DNA of 64,000 bases from Octopus sinensis. Its lineage: Eukaryota. Shown piece after piece: positions 39,435 to 50,716 of this stretch. A program made the position numbers and the translations under genes. The stretch is taken from assembly GCF_006345805.1 (NCBI RefSeq), contig NC_043015.1, forward strand, positions 39,742,001 to 39,806,000. The letters are read 5' to 3'. Each line of letters opens with the position of its first letter. Within the stretch, counting starts at the first letter, position 1. Under the pieces are notes generated by a model that did no database searches, was not told where the DNA came from, and worked only from the letters and a program-made list of their open reading frames with translations.

Positions 39435-40077
39435 TTAACCCTTTTATTACTGTATTTATTTTGAAATGCTCTGTGTTTCTTTCAATTACTTTAAATATGA
39501 CAAAGAATTTAGTAAAATAACTTAGTTATCATTAAGCTAGTGTTAGGAACATAAATTGTGACTAAGGTTTGGTGGAAGGTTTTAATTCAAAACTTATGAA
39601 AACAAGACATTTGTACTACAGAGCCAGAAATGGTTTTAGCCAGGATGATATCAAAAAGATTAAGAATTGTTTCTCTATTATATATTTTAACCCCTTTGTT
39701 ACCATATTTCTGTTGAGATGCTCCGTGTTTCTTTCAATTAATTTTAAATATAACAAAGAATTTAGTAAAACAACTTAGTTATCATTAAGCTAGTGTCAAG
39801 AATGTAAATTGTGACTGAGGTTGGTGAAAGATTTTAATACAGAACTTTCGCAGACAAGACATTTGTACTACAGAGCCAGAAGCACTTTCAGCCGGATTGG
39901 TATTGAAAGCATTAAGAATTGTTTCTGTATTATTTATTTTAACCCTTTTGTTACCATATTTTGGTTGAGATGCTCTGAGTTTCTTTCAATTAATTTTAAA
40001 TATAACAAAGAATTTAGTAAAATAACTTGGTTATCATTCAGCTGGTGTTAGGAACATAAATTGTGACTAAGGTTTGA
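39435..40077. mobile_element. Three tandem copies (about 252-bp period) of a piggyBac-type MITE
   Basis: TTAA-CCC(T/C)TTT..TTAC left ends at 39435, 39687 and 39939. Same family as 50436-50657. Confidence 0.72.
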
Positions 40078-40437
40078 TGTATAAACTGTTTCATCTGCTG
40101 TTACATTCCAAGTTCAAATTCTGCCAAGATCAACTTAGTCTTTCATCCTTTCGGGGTTGATAAATTAAGTACCAGTTGTGTACTGGGGTCGATCAAATCA
40201 ACTGCCCCCACCCACCTTCATCAAAATTTCGGACCTTGTGCCTAGAGTAGAAAAAAATATTGTATAAACTGTTTCATTTGTCTTGACGTTCTGAGTTCAA
40301 ATTCTGCTGAGGTCACCTTTGCCTTTCATCCTTTTGGGGTTGATAAATTAAGTACCAGTTGCATACTGGTCTCAATCTAATCAACTGGCCCCCTCCTCCA
40401 AAATTTCGTGCCATGTGCCTAAAGTAGAAAAGAATAT
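40078..40437 (+). mobile_element. Tandem pair of 5'-truncated family C SINEs (about 180-bp units)
   Basis: TGTATAA junction at 40078, 40261 and 40438. Ends about 85 bp before the Dock exon acceptor. Confidence 0.75.
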
Positions 40438-40524
40438 TGTATAACTTGTGTGTGGTATGAATGAGAGAAATTCTTCTTTCCCAGAATGCTCTCTTCTAAC
40501 GTGTGACATTACTTCCTTTTACAG

Positions 40525-40647
40525 TCGCGGCCTCCTCCTGTGGACCCTGTGGATTATGAGACCTACGTAGTGAAGAATAAAGTCTTACTTCATAACGATC
40601 CTCAAAGAGAACTTCTGATTTTCCCATTCGATGATGTTGTTATTCCT
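40525..40647 (+). CDS. DOCK9: Dock-D/zizimin GEF, first identifiable coding exon (SRPPPVDPVDYETYVVKNKVLLHNDPQRELLIFPFDDVVIP)
   Basis: ttttacag acceptor, gtaagt donor, 123 nt, phase 0-0. Resembles the DOCK9/10/11 N-terminal motif (EPLDYE...ND..RE.L.FP.DD). DOCK9 vs DOCK10/11 orthology cannot be resolved. Confidence 0.92.
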
Positions 40648-41916
40648 GTAAGTATTTAATTTTTTTTTTTGTTTTCTCTGTTCTTCTTTGAAATGTTGTC
40701 AAAGTCCAGGATCTAAATTTTGTGAATATACCCCAACATTCTCTTGGGTTGACAGATAAATCTGTTCAGTTCTTTTCTACTTTGGCACCCCATCATCATA
40801 TATGTGAAAAGAAGTAAAATTTACTCAAAATTTCGAAAATGATAAACAAAAGTTGTAGGAAGAATGGTGCTACAAAAAATTCCCATAAAACAGTCCTATA
40901 CAAATATTATTCCTGTTAATTGAAATAAAACTGGAAAGGAGTAAAATAAATTGGGAAGAAAAAAGGAACAAATTTGTCTAGGAGTCCAATATATTATACC
41001 TTGATGTTATTTTAGACTGCATCCTAAAAAGGGCCAGCCAAATTCTGTTGTGTCTGGGGAGAGTAATTTTCTTTTTGTGTCTTATAATGTAACACACTCA
41101 CCGGTAAAATTTCCACTTATTTCTTATTTTTATTTTCCTAAAATTTTCGTTGCATCTTGCAACCTTTTCAATAGTCTTGACTCTTTTATGCCAAAAGTTT
41201 GGCATAAAATCAGTCACAGACATGCTCCAGCCTCCCCTCTATGATAACGGTCTCTGCTTCTTGGGGTTGGCTGGGTTCATACTACCCTTATTCCTCCCAT
41301 CTCACTGACCTCACCTCCTATCACTCATGTTGTGTCGACTTGTTTCTGCCTCCACCCGCCGGCCCTAACACTAATCACTGGTCTTTCTTCTCAGGATGTT
41401 AATCCCTCTAGAACTTTCCTGTTAGTTCATGTCTTTGCTGCGATTGTAGACTTACCACGGTTCAAGAGTGAGGATCTATTATTCTCTTTTGCTTGGTGAA
41501 TTTGAAAGAACAGGAAGTTAGGAAGTGACCGTGACTGTTGCAGGGCCCCCTTTGCTAGCACTGCTTCCATTGATATTCCATTGAAACAGCAGCAGGAATA
41601 CATGGTCAATGAGGACCAGTGTTCTGTGGAAGAGGTAGTGGACATGGAGGTTAGGGCCATGGCTGGAAAGATTGGATGCAGTCAAATGGGGATGAGAAGT
41701 GGAAAGATGAGTGGATTAAGATACCTGCATGGGAGGAGAGGTATGAAAGCAACCAACTTTAAGGAGCAGAGGCCATTTCAGTAATGGTAGGGAAAAGAGA
41801 TGGAAGACGCATATCTTGTCTTTCTTTTGTCAGGCCCATATCTGTGGGTCAAAGGCTAAAATGTGACGTGTCCATTAATTACCGAATGCCAATCGGTCAT
41901 GTGACCTGCCTCTCTG

Positions 41917-42235
41917 TTCTCATTCCTAAGATATTTTTCGATGTTAATTCTGGAATCAAACTCAGAATCTTGGAGTTAGTAGCCCGCTCTCTTAGCCCCA
42001 AGATTCTGAGTTCGATTCCAGGCAGTGACCCGAATAATAATAATAATGATAATAACATTGAAAAATACCTTAGGAATAAGAACCCAGGTTCGAAATTTTC
42101 CCAAGACACCTGAAGAAGGCTGGAGGGTATATCAGCTGAAACATTGTGTTAACAACAAACAAGAAGAGGAGAAATATTTGTCAAATGTAAATAATGTACA
42201 TAATTCCTCATCTCTGAAATATAGAACTGTATTAA
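41917..42235 (+). mobile_element. Penelope-like terminal fragment with inverted 5' segment
   Basis: 41917-41948 pairs with 42051-42082, and 41950-41973 pairs with 41998-42021. CTGAAGA..GAAAC motif at 42110-42142. Confidence 0.55.
42105..42150 (+). ncRNA. Decayed minimal hammerhead motif in a Penelope-like terminus
   Basis: GACAC-CTGAAGA-A-GGCTG gagggtatat CAGCT-GAAAC-ATT-GTGTT. Stem I is GACAC/GTGTT. Two CpG-type changes from an inferred CCGAAACGTT. Confidence 0.6.
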
Positions 42236-42270
42236 CTGATAGAATATTTAATGCCAATCTTTCTTTCCAG

Positions 42271-42443
42271 CCACCTCACCCCCGGCAGAAGTCTCGTACC
42301 ATTTGCTCATCAGTTCCAAAGAATGCATCGAAAGAAGCTACTACGTTACTTGTACGAGAATGTCTCAAGACTTATACTAGTGATTGTCACATCATTACTT
42401 ATAACTATAATGCATATTCTGGCAGTTATCAACAATTACCGAA
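42271..42443 (+). CDS. DOCK9: Dock-D exon (PPHPRQKSRTICSSVPKNASKEATTLLVRECLKTYTSDCHIITYNYNAYSGSYQQLP)
   Basis: ttctttccag / gtaagt, 173 nt, phase 0-2. Matches the DOCK9-type STVP..A..EA..L.V.EC.KTY.SDW motif. Confidence 0.93.
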
Positions 42444-42564
42444 GTAAGTACTACTCCTTCTGAATGGTATCACACACACACACGCATGCACATACACATA
42501 TGCATATGAATGCACATACACACATGTACAACCCATGCTCTGCAGAAGAAGTGTTAAGCACTTG

Positions 42565-42798
42565 TGGTGGTGCCACGTAAAAGCACCCGTGCAGGGTAGC
42601 ATAAAGTACCAGCATGGCACCATGTAAAAGCATCCAGCACATTCCATGAAATGGTTGGTGCTAGAAAGGGCATCCAGCTGTAGAAACCATGCCGAATCAG
42701 GCTGGAGTCTGGTGCAGCTCACTGGCTTGCCAGCTCTGGTCAAACCAGCCTACCCAGGCCATCATGGACAATGGACGTTACATGATGATAATGATGAT
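42565..42798 (+). mobile_element. RTE LINE 3' tail copy (Dock intron)
   Basis: AGAAAGGGCATCCAGCTGTAGAAAC...GGACGTTACATGATG. Confidence 0.75.
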
Positions 42799-43340
42799 AT
42801 ATGTGTGTGTGTATATATAATAATATAAATAATATATATATTCATATATACATACGTATATGTACATACCTTCATCTATGCGTATATATATATATATATA
42901 TATATATATGCATATGTGGGCACAGGACGTCATGAAAAAGTACAAAGCACGAGTACATGGAACTTGAACTTTTCTTTCAAACAACGAAACACACAAATGG
43001 TAAAACAAAACGAACATAAAGAACGACCCTTCATCAGTTGTTGGCTGTTTCTCTAGTCTCGTATTTATAATTGAATAAGATGGAATCCACAAGAAGGAGT
43101 ACAGTTGAACATTTATTTGCAAATACATGTCCAACCGTACTCCTTCTTCTTGTTGACTCCAATTTTTCCAATTACCTCTTTACACTCATGACAGATGCCC
43201 AAACGCAAACCTGGAAGTACGTATAATACAACTACTACCGGATAGCACAGGGGTAAATCTGAGGGTGGATGAGCTTTATACTGTACTCTATTACATTCTT
43301 AACAGAATATACCACAACTATATATATATATATATATATA

Positions 43341-43520
43341 CCGGAGTAAACACATAAATGTGAAACAAGGTGGAAAAAAGAGTACTCAAATACCAGTGGT
43401 AGAGTAATATGCTTTATTTAAAGCAGCAGAAAATTCAACAAAACCTGTTACTCTGAGTTTCACGTGAAACTCAGAGTAACAGGTTTTGTTGAATTTTCTG
43501 CTGCTTTAAATAAAGTATAT
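43341..43520. mobile_element. Fold-back repeat fragment inserted in (TA)n, containing a perfect 104-bp palindrome (43412-43515)
   Basis: Arms are exact reverse complements about the centre CAC|GTG (43463/43464). (TA)n lies on both flanks. Penelope assignment is inferred. Confidence 0.7.
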
Positions 43521-43558
43521 ATATATATATATATATATCTGTATGTCAAATCTAGTGA

Positions 43559-43745
43559 AGCACCGCCTTTAGTCGAGCAAGTCGACCCCGGGACTTATTC
43601 TTTGTAAGCCCAGTACTTATTCTATCGGTCTCTTTTGCCGAACCGCTAAGTGACGGGGACGTAAACACACCAGCATCGGTTGTCAGGCAATGCTAGGGGG
43701 ACAAACACACATACACAAACACACACACATACACATATATATATA
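43559..43745 (-). mobile_element. SINE family B, partial (3' half)
   Basis: Near-identical to 20513-20700. Confidence 0.82.
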
Positions 43746-44314
43746 TATATATATACATATATATACACACATCACATCTCACTGCTATATAACATACATC
43801 TTACTGCTACAAATGTGCATGCTCTCATACACACACACACGCACACACACTTGCTATATTATAACATTTCTTAACTGTTTTTTTTTTTTGTTTTTACTGG
43901 TTTGGACCCAAGGGAAGGGGCCACACCCACAGTCTTTTCAGGCATTTCTAGTTTAGGCTGTGGTTGGCAGGTTGGGGATTAACTGGGTGTGGTGATTAAC
44001 AGGTTGGGGGATTAACAAGGTGCCATCAGCAATAGAATACCCTAATGACAGAGCCATCGGCTTCCACTTCTAGCCCCATGCATCAGTATGAGAGAACCTA
44101 TCAAGACAAATATTTGGCGCTCTGATAACCCATCCATGTTTTGTATAAAGATTGCATTTTGCTATTAATGCAGCTTCTGTTGCTAATGATTAAATGTGTG
44201 TTGAGTGATAAGAGAATCACTGAGGGCAGGGTCTAAATTAATTAATGAAATCAGAAATCATGAGTGAGGGCTGATGGGAGGGAGTGTGTAGAGTGGGGGA
44301 GTGACTGTTGGAGG

Positions 44315-44736
44315 GTTGGTTATTGAATGATGGAAGGAGTGGCTATTGGGTGATGGATTTGGGGGTGATGGGGTTGGGGTTATTGGGTGATATGGGTGTG
44401 GCTATTGGATGATGGAAGTGTGGTTATTAGGTGATGGAGGTGTGGCTATTGGGTGATGGGGGTGTGGCTATTGGGTGATGGAGATGTGGCTATTGGGTGA
44501 TGGGGATGTGGCTATTGGGTGATGGGGTTGGGGTTATTGGGTGATAGGGGTGTGGCTATTGGGTGATGGGGTTGGGGTTATTGGGTGATAGGGGTGTGGC
44601 TATTGGGTGATGGAGGTGTGGCTATTGGGTGATTGGTTTGGGACCATTGGGCTATGGGGGTATGGCTATTGAATGATGGGGATGTGGCTATTGGTCAGTG
44701 ACAGGTGTGTGGTTATTGGTCAGTGGGTGGTGGGTG
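44315..44736. repeat. G-rich about 21-22-bp minisatellite (GGCTATTGGGTGATGGGG(G/T)TGT)
   Basis: About 18 imperfect units in a Dock intron. Confidence 0.9.
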
Positions 44737-45265
44737 CGACTATTTTATCTTGATGGTTTAAAGCTTTACATATATATTTTGACACATGAAATGATGATAG
44801 ATGCCATCCTCATCATCCTCATCATCATCATCATCATCCTCATCATCATCATCCTCATCATCCTCATCATCATCTTCATAACCACTATCTTTATCACTAT
44901 GCTCATTGTCCTTCAACTCACCACATCATTATCACCACCACTATAATCAGCCTCGTTATCTCTCCTATCATCATTGTCATCATCGTTACCTTCACTACCA
45001 CAACAACCATCACTATTATCATAACTGCAACTATGACCATCATCATCACCATCATAACCACAACCCATCATCACTTTCACCCCATCATCATCATCATCAT
45101 CAACTTGGTGTATGTATTGTTATAAGTTTCATCACTGCATTGGATTTGTAGATAAAGGTATTTGCATATGAAAGCCCACCTGCTGTTTAAAGTAGCCATT
45201 TGTCAGTGCTCCAGCTTGGACGCAGCCATGTCGTAATTTGTACTTATCTGTTTGTTCATTTCCAG

Positions 45266-45335
45266 CAAAAAGAAACTGGAGAGTTTACCTGAACAAGTTT
45301 TTGAAATTGATGTTGACACAGACGACAAAGATGAG
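45266..45335 (+). CDS. DOCK9: Dock-D exon ((N)KKKLESLPEQVFEIDVDTDDKDE)
   Basis: tttccag / gtaaac, 70 nt, phase 2-0, restores frame with the previous exon. Resembles DOCK9 KLDKLPVHVYEVDEEVDKDE. Confidence 0.9.
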
Positions 45336-47032
45336 GTAAACACAGACCATCCGTTTGTGTGTGTGCATGTGTGTGTGTGTATGTGTGTGTGTATGTGCGT
45401 GCGTGCATGCGTGCACGTGTGTGTTTATTTAATTGATTCGTTGATTCAGTTTTAACCGCATTTATTCTCATTAATGGGCAGAAATTATTCTGTAGTCAAG
45501 GAAATATAATTTGGTGTGTATGCATGATAGTGTGTGTGTGTGCACATGTTCTATGCATGCATGATATGTGTGTGTGTGTGAATATTTGTGTGTGCATGTG
45601 TGTGCATATTTGTGTGTGTGTGTGTGTGCGTGGTGTGTGTGCACATGATGTTCTATGCATGCATGTATGTGTGTGTATGATATTGTGTATGTGTACATAA
45701 TAATGTGTGTGTGTGTGTATGATGTGTGCATATGTGTGTGTGTGGTGTTTGTACGATTTCTGTGTGTGTGTGATGTGTTCAGTGTGGAATAAACTACTGC
45801 GCTTATCTGTGGTGTGATATGTGTGTGTGTGTGTGTGTGTGTGTTGTGCTGTAAAGTTGTGTGTATGTGTTTATTTGATGTAGATGGACCCTAATACCAG
45901 TTTCTGCAACCCTTATTCCAGTTGTTTGCCCCAACAGGACTTCTTCTTGCTCAGTGACATGACTTGTCAAAGTCGCTGACTATTTTGCACACACACACAC
46001 ACACACACACTTTTAACATAATAATATTCAAGTAAAGTCAGTTTGCTAATTCATATCATTATTATTATTATTATTATTATTGTTATTATTATTGTTATTA
46101 TTATTATTATTATTAAACAGGAGTTATTGAACAGATGGGCCAGATGGGGATTGTGATACCAGTGAGAGAACAGATGGGTGGGGGGACGGGTGATAGGGGT
46201 GGCTAGATGACATCAGCCGATTATTTCCAGCTGGACAAGTCTAAATGTAGAAATTGTTTGAGAAAGATAACTATTATGGTGTCTGCTAACTTTCAGATTA
46301 TTTCAGCCTGCCATTATTTAGAATGTTAGAATTGGTACAGGCAGCAGAGAGTTTTATAACATGGGTACATTGGTAATGCGGTATTGGCTGGCAGGGGCTA
46401 TGAGTTTCTGCAAATTGTTATCTGGTTGGAGTTTCTTGTTTTCTGTCCTGGCAATATTTATCTCCTGATCTCGTTGGCCAATCATTATTCGATAGAAATT
46501 ATAGCCAATATTGATTATTGCTACAACGTTTCAATTCCAGACATCAGATGTCGACAAACAATGAGATCGGAAACAAAAATGAGTAAACAATGTGTATGTC
46601 ATATTTTGGGAGTTGTTACCCTTTCATCAGTGCCCATCTAACCCATTCTTTCCTTTGAACACATTGCTTATATAGAAGTACACTTCTTTAGGTATTGAGT
46701 ACTTTCCCTGATCCTGTGCTGGTGCCACAATAAAACTAGCAATGTCCATGGGAGTGACTTGGTGGAGTAAGCAAAGGGAAAGTACAGTTATGAGGTGCCT
46801 TTTAGCCTGTCTTGCGAAGGGCTTGTCACCCTCTCTGATGCTGGTGTGCCGAGAAAATGCATCTAGAATATTCTGTTGGTGATAGGGAAGACTGGTCAGT
46901 ATGACATGTACAAGTACCAATCCATGAGAGCAGCGGCTCCCAATAACAAAGGACATTGACCATGATGACCTGTCTGAACTATGTTAACATGGAAAGAAGG
47001 TGTAAAACCATGATGAGGCTGGTGTTAAATAT

Positions 47033-47190
47033 CATCATCATCGTTTAATGTCTGGTCTCCATTCTGGTATGGCTTGGATGGTTTGACATAGAGCTGGCTA
47101 GCAGGGAGTTGTCTGCACTCCAACTGGCCATTGCGGCATGGTTTCAATGGCTGGATGCCCTCCCTAATGCCAACTACTTAACACAGTGGT
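47033..47190 (-). mobile_element. RTE LINE 3' tail copy (Dock intron)
   Basis: (CAT)n CGTTTAATGTC...GGCTGGATGCCCTCCCTAATGCCAAC. Confidence 0.72.
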
Positions 47191-47247
47191 TGCTCTTATA
47201 TATATATATAGATATATGCACCCATTTTATTTGTGTATTTCTGATCT

Positions 47248-47432
47248 GAGGTGGCAATGTTGGCAGAATCGTTAGCATAGCAGACAAAATACTGGCATTT
47301 CCTCTGTCTTTACTTTCTGAGTTCAAATTCCAGCAAGGTTAAATTTGCCTTTCAACCTTTCAGGTTTGATAAAATAAGTACCAGTTGATTACTGGTGCCA
47401 AAATTGCTGGCCTTGTGCCAAAATTTGAAATC
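47248..47432 (+). mobile_element. SINE family C (tail type 2), diverged
   Basis: Head, central domain and AAATTGCTGGCCTTGTGCC tail. Confidence 0.72.
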
Positions 47433-47625
47433 AATGTTTGCTACCTATGTTAATTAGTTAATGAGCATTAATTGTAAGTTTTACCATTATTTATTCGTTG
47501 TTCCTTCAATGATGACTTCTTTCACGTCCTTATTAATTACTCCCTAAAATTATTGATGACAAGAGCACCCATAAATATCAATGATCCCCAATCGATTTAC
47601 TCATAATCTGTCTTTCTCGTTTCAG

Positions 47626-47727
47626 GATTCCACCCTCAACCGGAACACTGTATGTTCCATCACAAAGGAAGGTTGGCTATTCAAGGGCCCTGAAGGGCAA
47701 AAGGATAACATAATAAGTTTCACAAGG
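47626..47727 (+). CDS. DOCK9: Dock-D exon, start of PH domain (DSTLNRNTVCSITKEGWLFKGPEGQKDNIISFTR)
   Basis: gtttcag / gtatgc, 102 nt, phase 0-0. ITK.GWL.KG is the PH beta1 motif. Confidence 0.92.
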
Positions 47728-48416
47728 GTATGCTGATTACTATTGATCTCTTGATGTATTGATCTGTGAGTGCGTGATGTTTGTTATTATTGATCTGTTA
47801 ATGTGCAGTATTGATTATTATTATTGATCTGTTAATGTGAGATGTAGTGGAGGATGAAATGAGTGATCATTTATTTATGTTGTTTTGTTGTTTTTGTTGT
47901 TAGTTGTGGAGGTATGTGAGGCTTGAAACCCCATCAGTGGGGTTAGTTTGTATGATGTGAGGAATGATTATTTTCTTCATTATTATGACTGAGATGACCA
48001 CACACCAAAGCTATGACTTAGAATTACTTCTGGAATTAACTGGTTCTCTGTCGGTTACAAGAATGAGTGTTCCAGTTGATCTGACCAATGGAATGGTCAA
48101 CTCATGAAGTTAACATGCATGTGGCTGAGTGCTCGACTACAACAAGACGACCAAATTTTTTTTTTTTTCCTAAGGTCTGGGGTCTCCCACTCCTAAACCC
48201 TAGACCATCACCTAATCACCCTTACCCATCTTGTTGCTTAACAACAACAGCTCTATTGCATCCCTGCCCTAAAGAAGATAATCGAGAGATATTTTCATTA
48301 CAGTACATTGATCAGTTCAGACAATTCTATAGGATCTCCTTGGGTTTTTCTCTTCCATTCCTGCCATTAGTTGTTCTTTCTCCTCTCTATTTATTTCTTG
48401 TTTATCTTTGTTTCAG

Positions 48417-48548
48417 CAATTTAAGCGTCGGTATTTCTGCCTGAAACAACAAACAGACTTCACCTACATTTTGGAATTCTATAAAGCAGAGAAAAAGTCT
48501 GAAACGAAAGGTGCAATTTACCTGGAAACTGCATCTGATGTCATTAAG
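48417..48548 (+). CDS. DOCK9: Dock-D exon, PH domain (QFKRRYFCLKQQTDFTYILEFYKAEKKSETKGAIYLETASDVIK)
   Basis: tgtttcag / gtaaac, 132 nt, phase 0-0. FKRR.F.L...Y.L.FYK.EK..E.KG.I.L motif. Confidence 0.94.
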
Positions 48549-48760
48549 GTAAACCAACACTTTGGCTTAATTCTAATCAGTATTAAATTAATTTGTGTTA
48601 ATTAGAATTGACAACATGCACACCCATTAATGTAGTTCTTCTCGCTCAGCCACCTCACTCCTGGTTGGATCTCATTGTACAAATTTATGACCAAAAGCAT
48701 TCCACCTATGACCATCCTGTCTTTCTTCCCATTTGTTATGTATCTCTATTATTCTATATA

Positions 48761-48993
48761 TATTTCTTTATTGCCCACAAGGGGCTAAACATAGAGGGGA
48801 CAAACAAGGACAGAAAAAGGGATTAAGTTGATTACATCGAGCCCAGTGCAAAATTAGTACTTTATTTATCGACCCTGAAAGGATGAAAGGTAAAGTTGAC
48901 CTCGGTGGAGTTTGAACTCAGAACGTAATGACAGATGAAATACCGCTAAGCATTTCGCCCGGCATGCTAACGTGTCTGCCAGCTCACTGCCTT
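48761..48993 (-). mobile_element. SINE family C (tail type 1) with 21-bp TSD
   Basis: GTATCTCTATTATTCTATATA repeated at 48740-48760 and 48994-49014. Confidence 0.9.
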
Positions 48994-49624
48994 GTATCTC
49001 TATTATTCTATATAGTCTTTGATGTCATCATCTTTTTAAGATGCAAGAGCAGTGGCTGTTGTAGTAGTGGTAGAAATGAAAGAAGGAGGAGATACAGTCT
49101 GTGATCCAGAAGATTATGCGTTCACCAAGCAAATGGTTATTACGCAATGCTGCTACTATTACAACCATCTAATCTATTCATTAAAGCCACAACAATTTGT
49201 AAGTGTGGATACTTCAAAGTATCAATCATGGAAATCAAACACAAAATGAACAACAGCTTGTTTGGGCAACACCCTATTGATTGCTTATTGATTAACCTCC
49301 TCTGACAATGAATAGAGGAGGTTTATTATTGATCAGGCTTTCTATAAATATTTAGAGTTTTATCGACCAATCTACAGTGAACCATGCTCTCACTCTGATC
49401 ACTCTGTCCTCCCCTCTCATTGCCATGCTCTTTCTCCACTCCCTCTCATAACCTGGTTTTTTGTTAGTCATCTCCCTCTTCCTTCTTCTTCTTCTCTCTC
49501 TCTCTCTCTCTCTCTTCACTTCCTCATTACATACTTTTTTTTTACATAAACTGAATGAACATAACGTAGATGACTCTCTCTTCCTGCTGATAACAAGGCA
49601 ACCCCTCCAGTGCTGGTGCTATGA

Positions 49625-50175
49625 AAAAATGCATCCATTGCAGTCTGTGAAATGATTGGTGCTAAGAAGAGCATCCGACTATAGAAACCTAATAAAAAAG
49701 GAATATATGTGGTGCTGCTATCCATCTTGGATAGTTCTTGGAGCAGTTAACTCCAAAGAAGAATTAACTCAGACACAACCTTCTGTCTAACCCATACCAG
49801 CATGGAAAGTGGACATGAAATGATGATGATTTTCTGATTTCTGTGAGCCAGTATAGCAAGACACCTGTGCTTGTCCCTCCTTCATACTTTAGCCTCTCAA
49901 CACCTGTCCCCTCTCGCAAACACCCTCCCCACTTAGCCAAAAGAGCTTTTCCCCTTTTCCTTTCTTTTTTTTTAGTCTTGCAACTTTCTTGGTAACGACA
50001 CTCGTGCCGGTGTCACAAAGAAAGCACTCATTACACTCAGTAAAGTGGTTGGCATTTGGAAGGGCATCCAGCCATAGAGACCATGGCGAAGATGATATTG
50101 GGGCTTGATGTAACTCTGCTGCTTGTTGTACCCTGTCAAACCATCCAACTCATACAAGCATGAAAAAGAGATGTT
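49625..50175 (+). mobile_element. Two diverged RTE LINE 3' tail copies (about 49625-49830 and 50001-50175)
   Basis: Both carry the GG(G/A)CATCC(A/G) and CATGGAAA-like tail motifs. Confidence 0.65.
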
Positions 50176-50661
50176 AGCTCTTTCATTACTGTATTTCTTT
50201 TGAGATGCTCTGTGTTTCAATTACTTTAAATATGACAAAGAATTTAGTAAAATAACTTAGTTATCATTCAGCTAGTGTTAGGAACATAAATTGTGACTAA
50301 GGTTTGGTGGAAGATTTTAATTCAAAACTTATGAAAACAAGACATTTGTACTCAGAGCCAGAAATGGTTTCAGCCGGGTTGGTAATGAAAAGGGTTAACC
50401 AATTTTGTCCCTTGTCATTCTTAATCATTTGTTAACCCTTTTGTTACCATATTTCTGTTGAGATGTTCTGAGTTTCTTTTAATTAATTTTAAATATAACA
50501 AAGAATTTAGTAAAATAACTTAGTTATCATTCATCTAGTGTCAGGAACATAAATTGTGACAAAGGTTTGGTGGAAGATTTTAATTCCAAACTTATGAAAA
50601 CAAGACATTTGTATTACAGAGCCAGAAATGGTTTCAGCCGGGTTGGTAACGAAAGGGTTAA
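50174..50661. mobile_element. Two piggyBac-type MITE copies (50178-50394; 50436-50657)
   Basis: The second copy is TTAA|CCCTTTTGTTACC...GGTAACGAAAGGG|TTAA (TIRs plus TTAA TSD). Confidence 0.8.
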
Positions 50662-50716
50662 ATGATGTTGATGATGATGATGATATGCTAATTCTTCCTT
50701 CTTTGATCCGTTGCAG

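Noticed and set aside
41400-41600. Minus-strand LFQWNING, like a LINE endonuclease start
   Set aside because: Single short motif with the rest unalignable by eye. It needs BLASTx.
43022-43045. CTGATGA on the minus strand
   Set aside because: No downstream stem II/GAAA.
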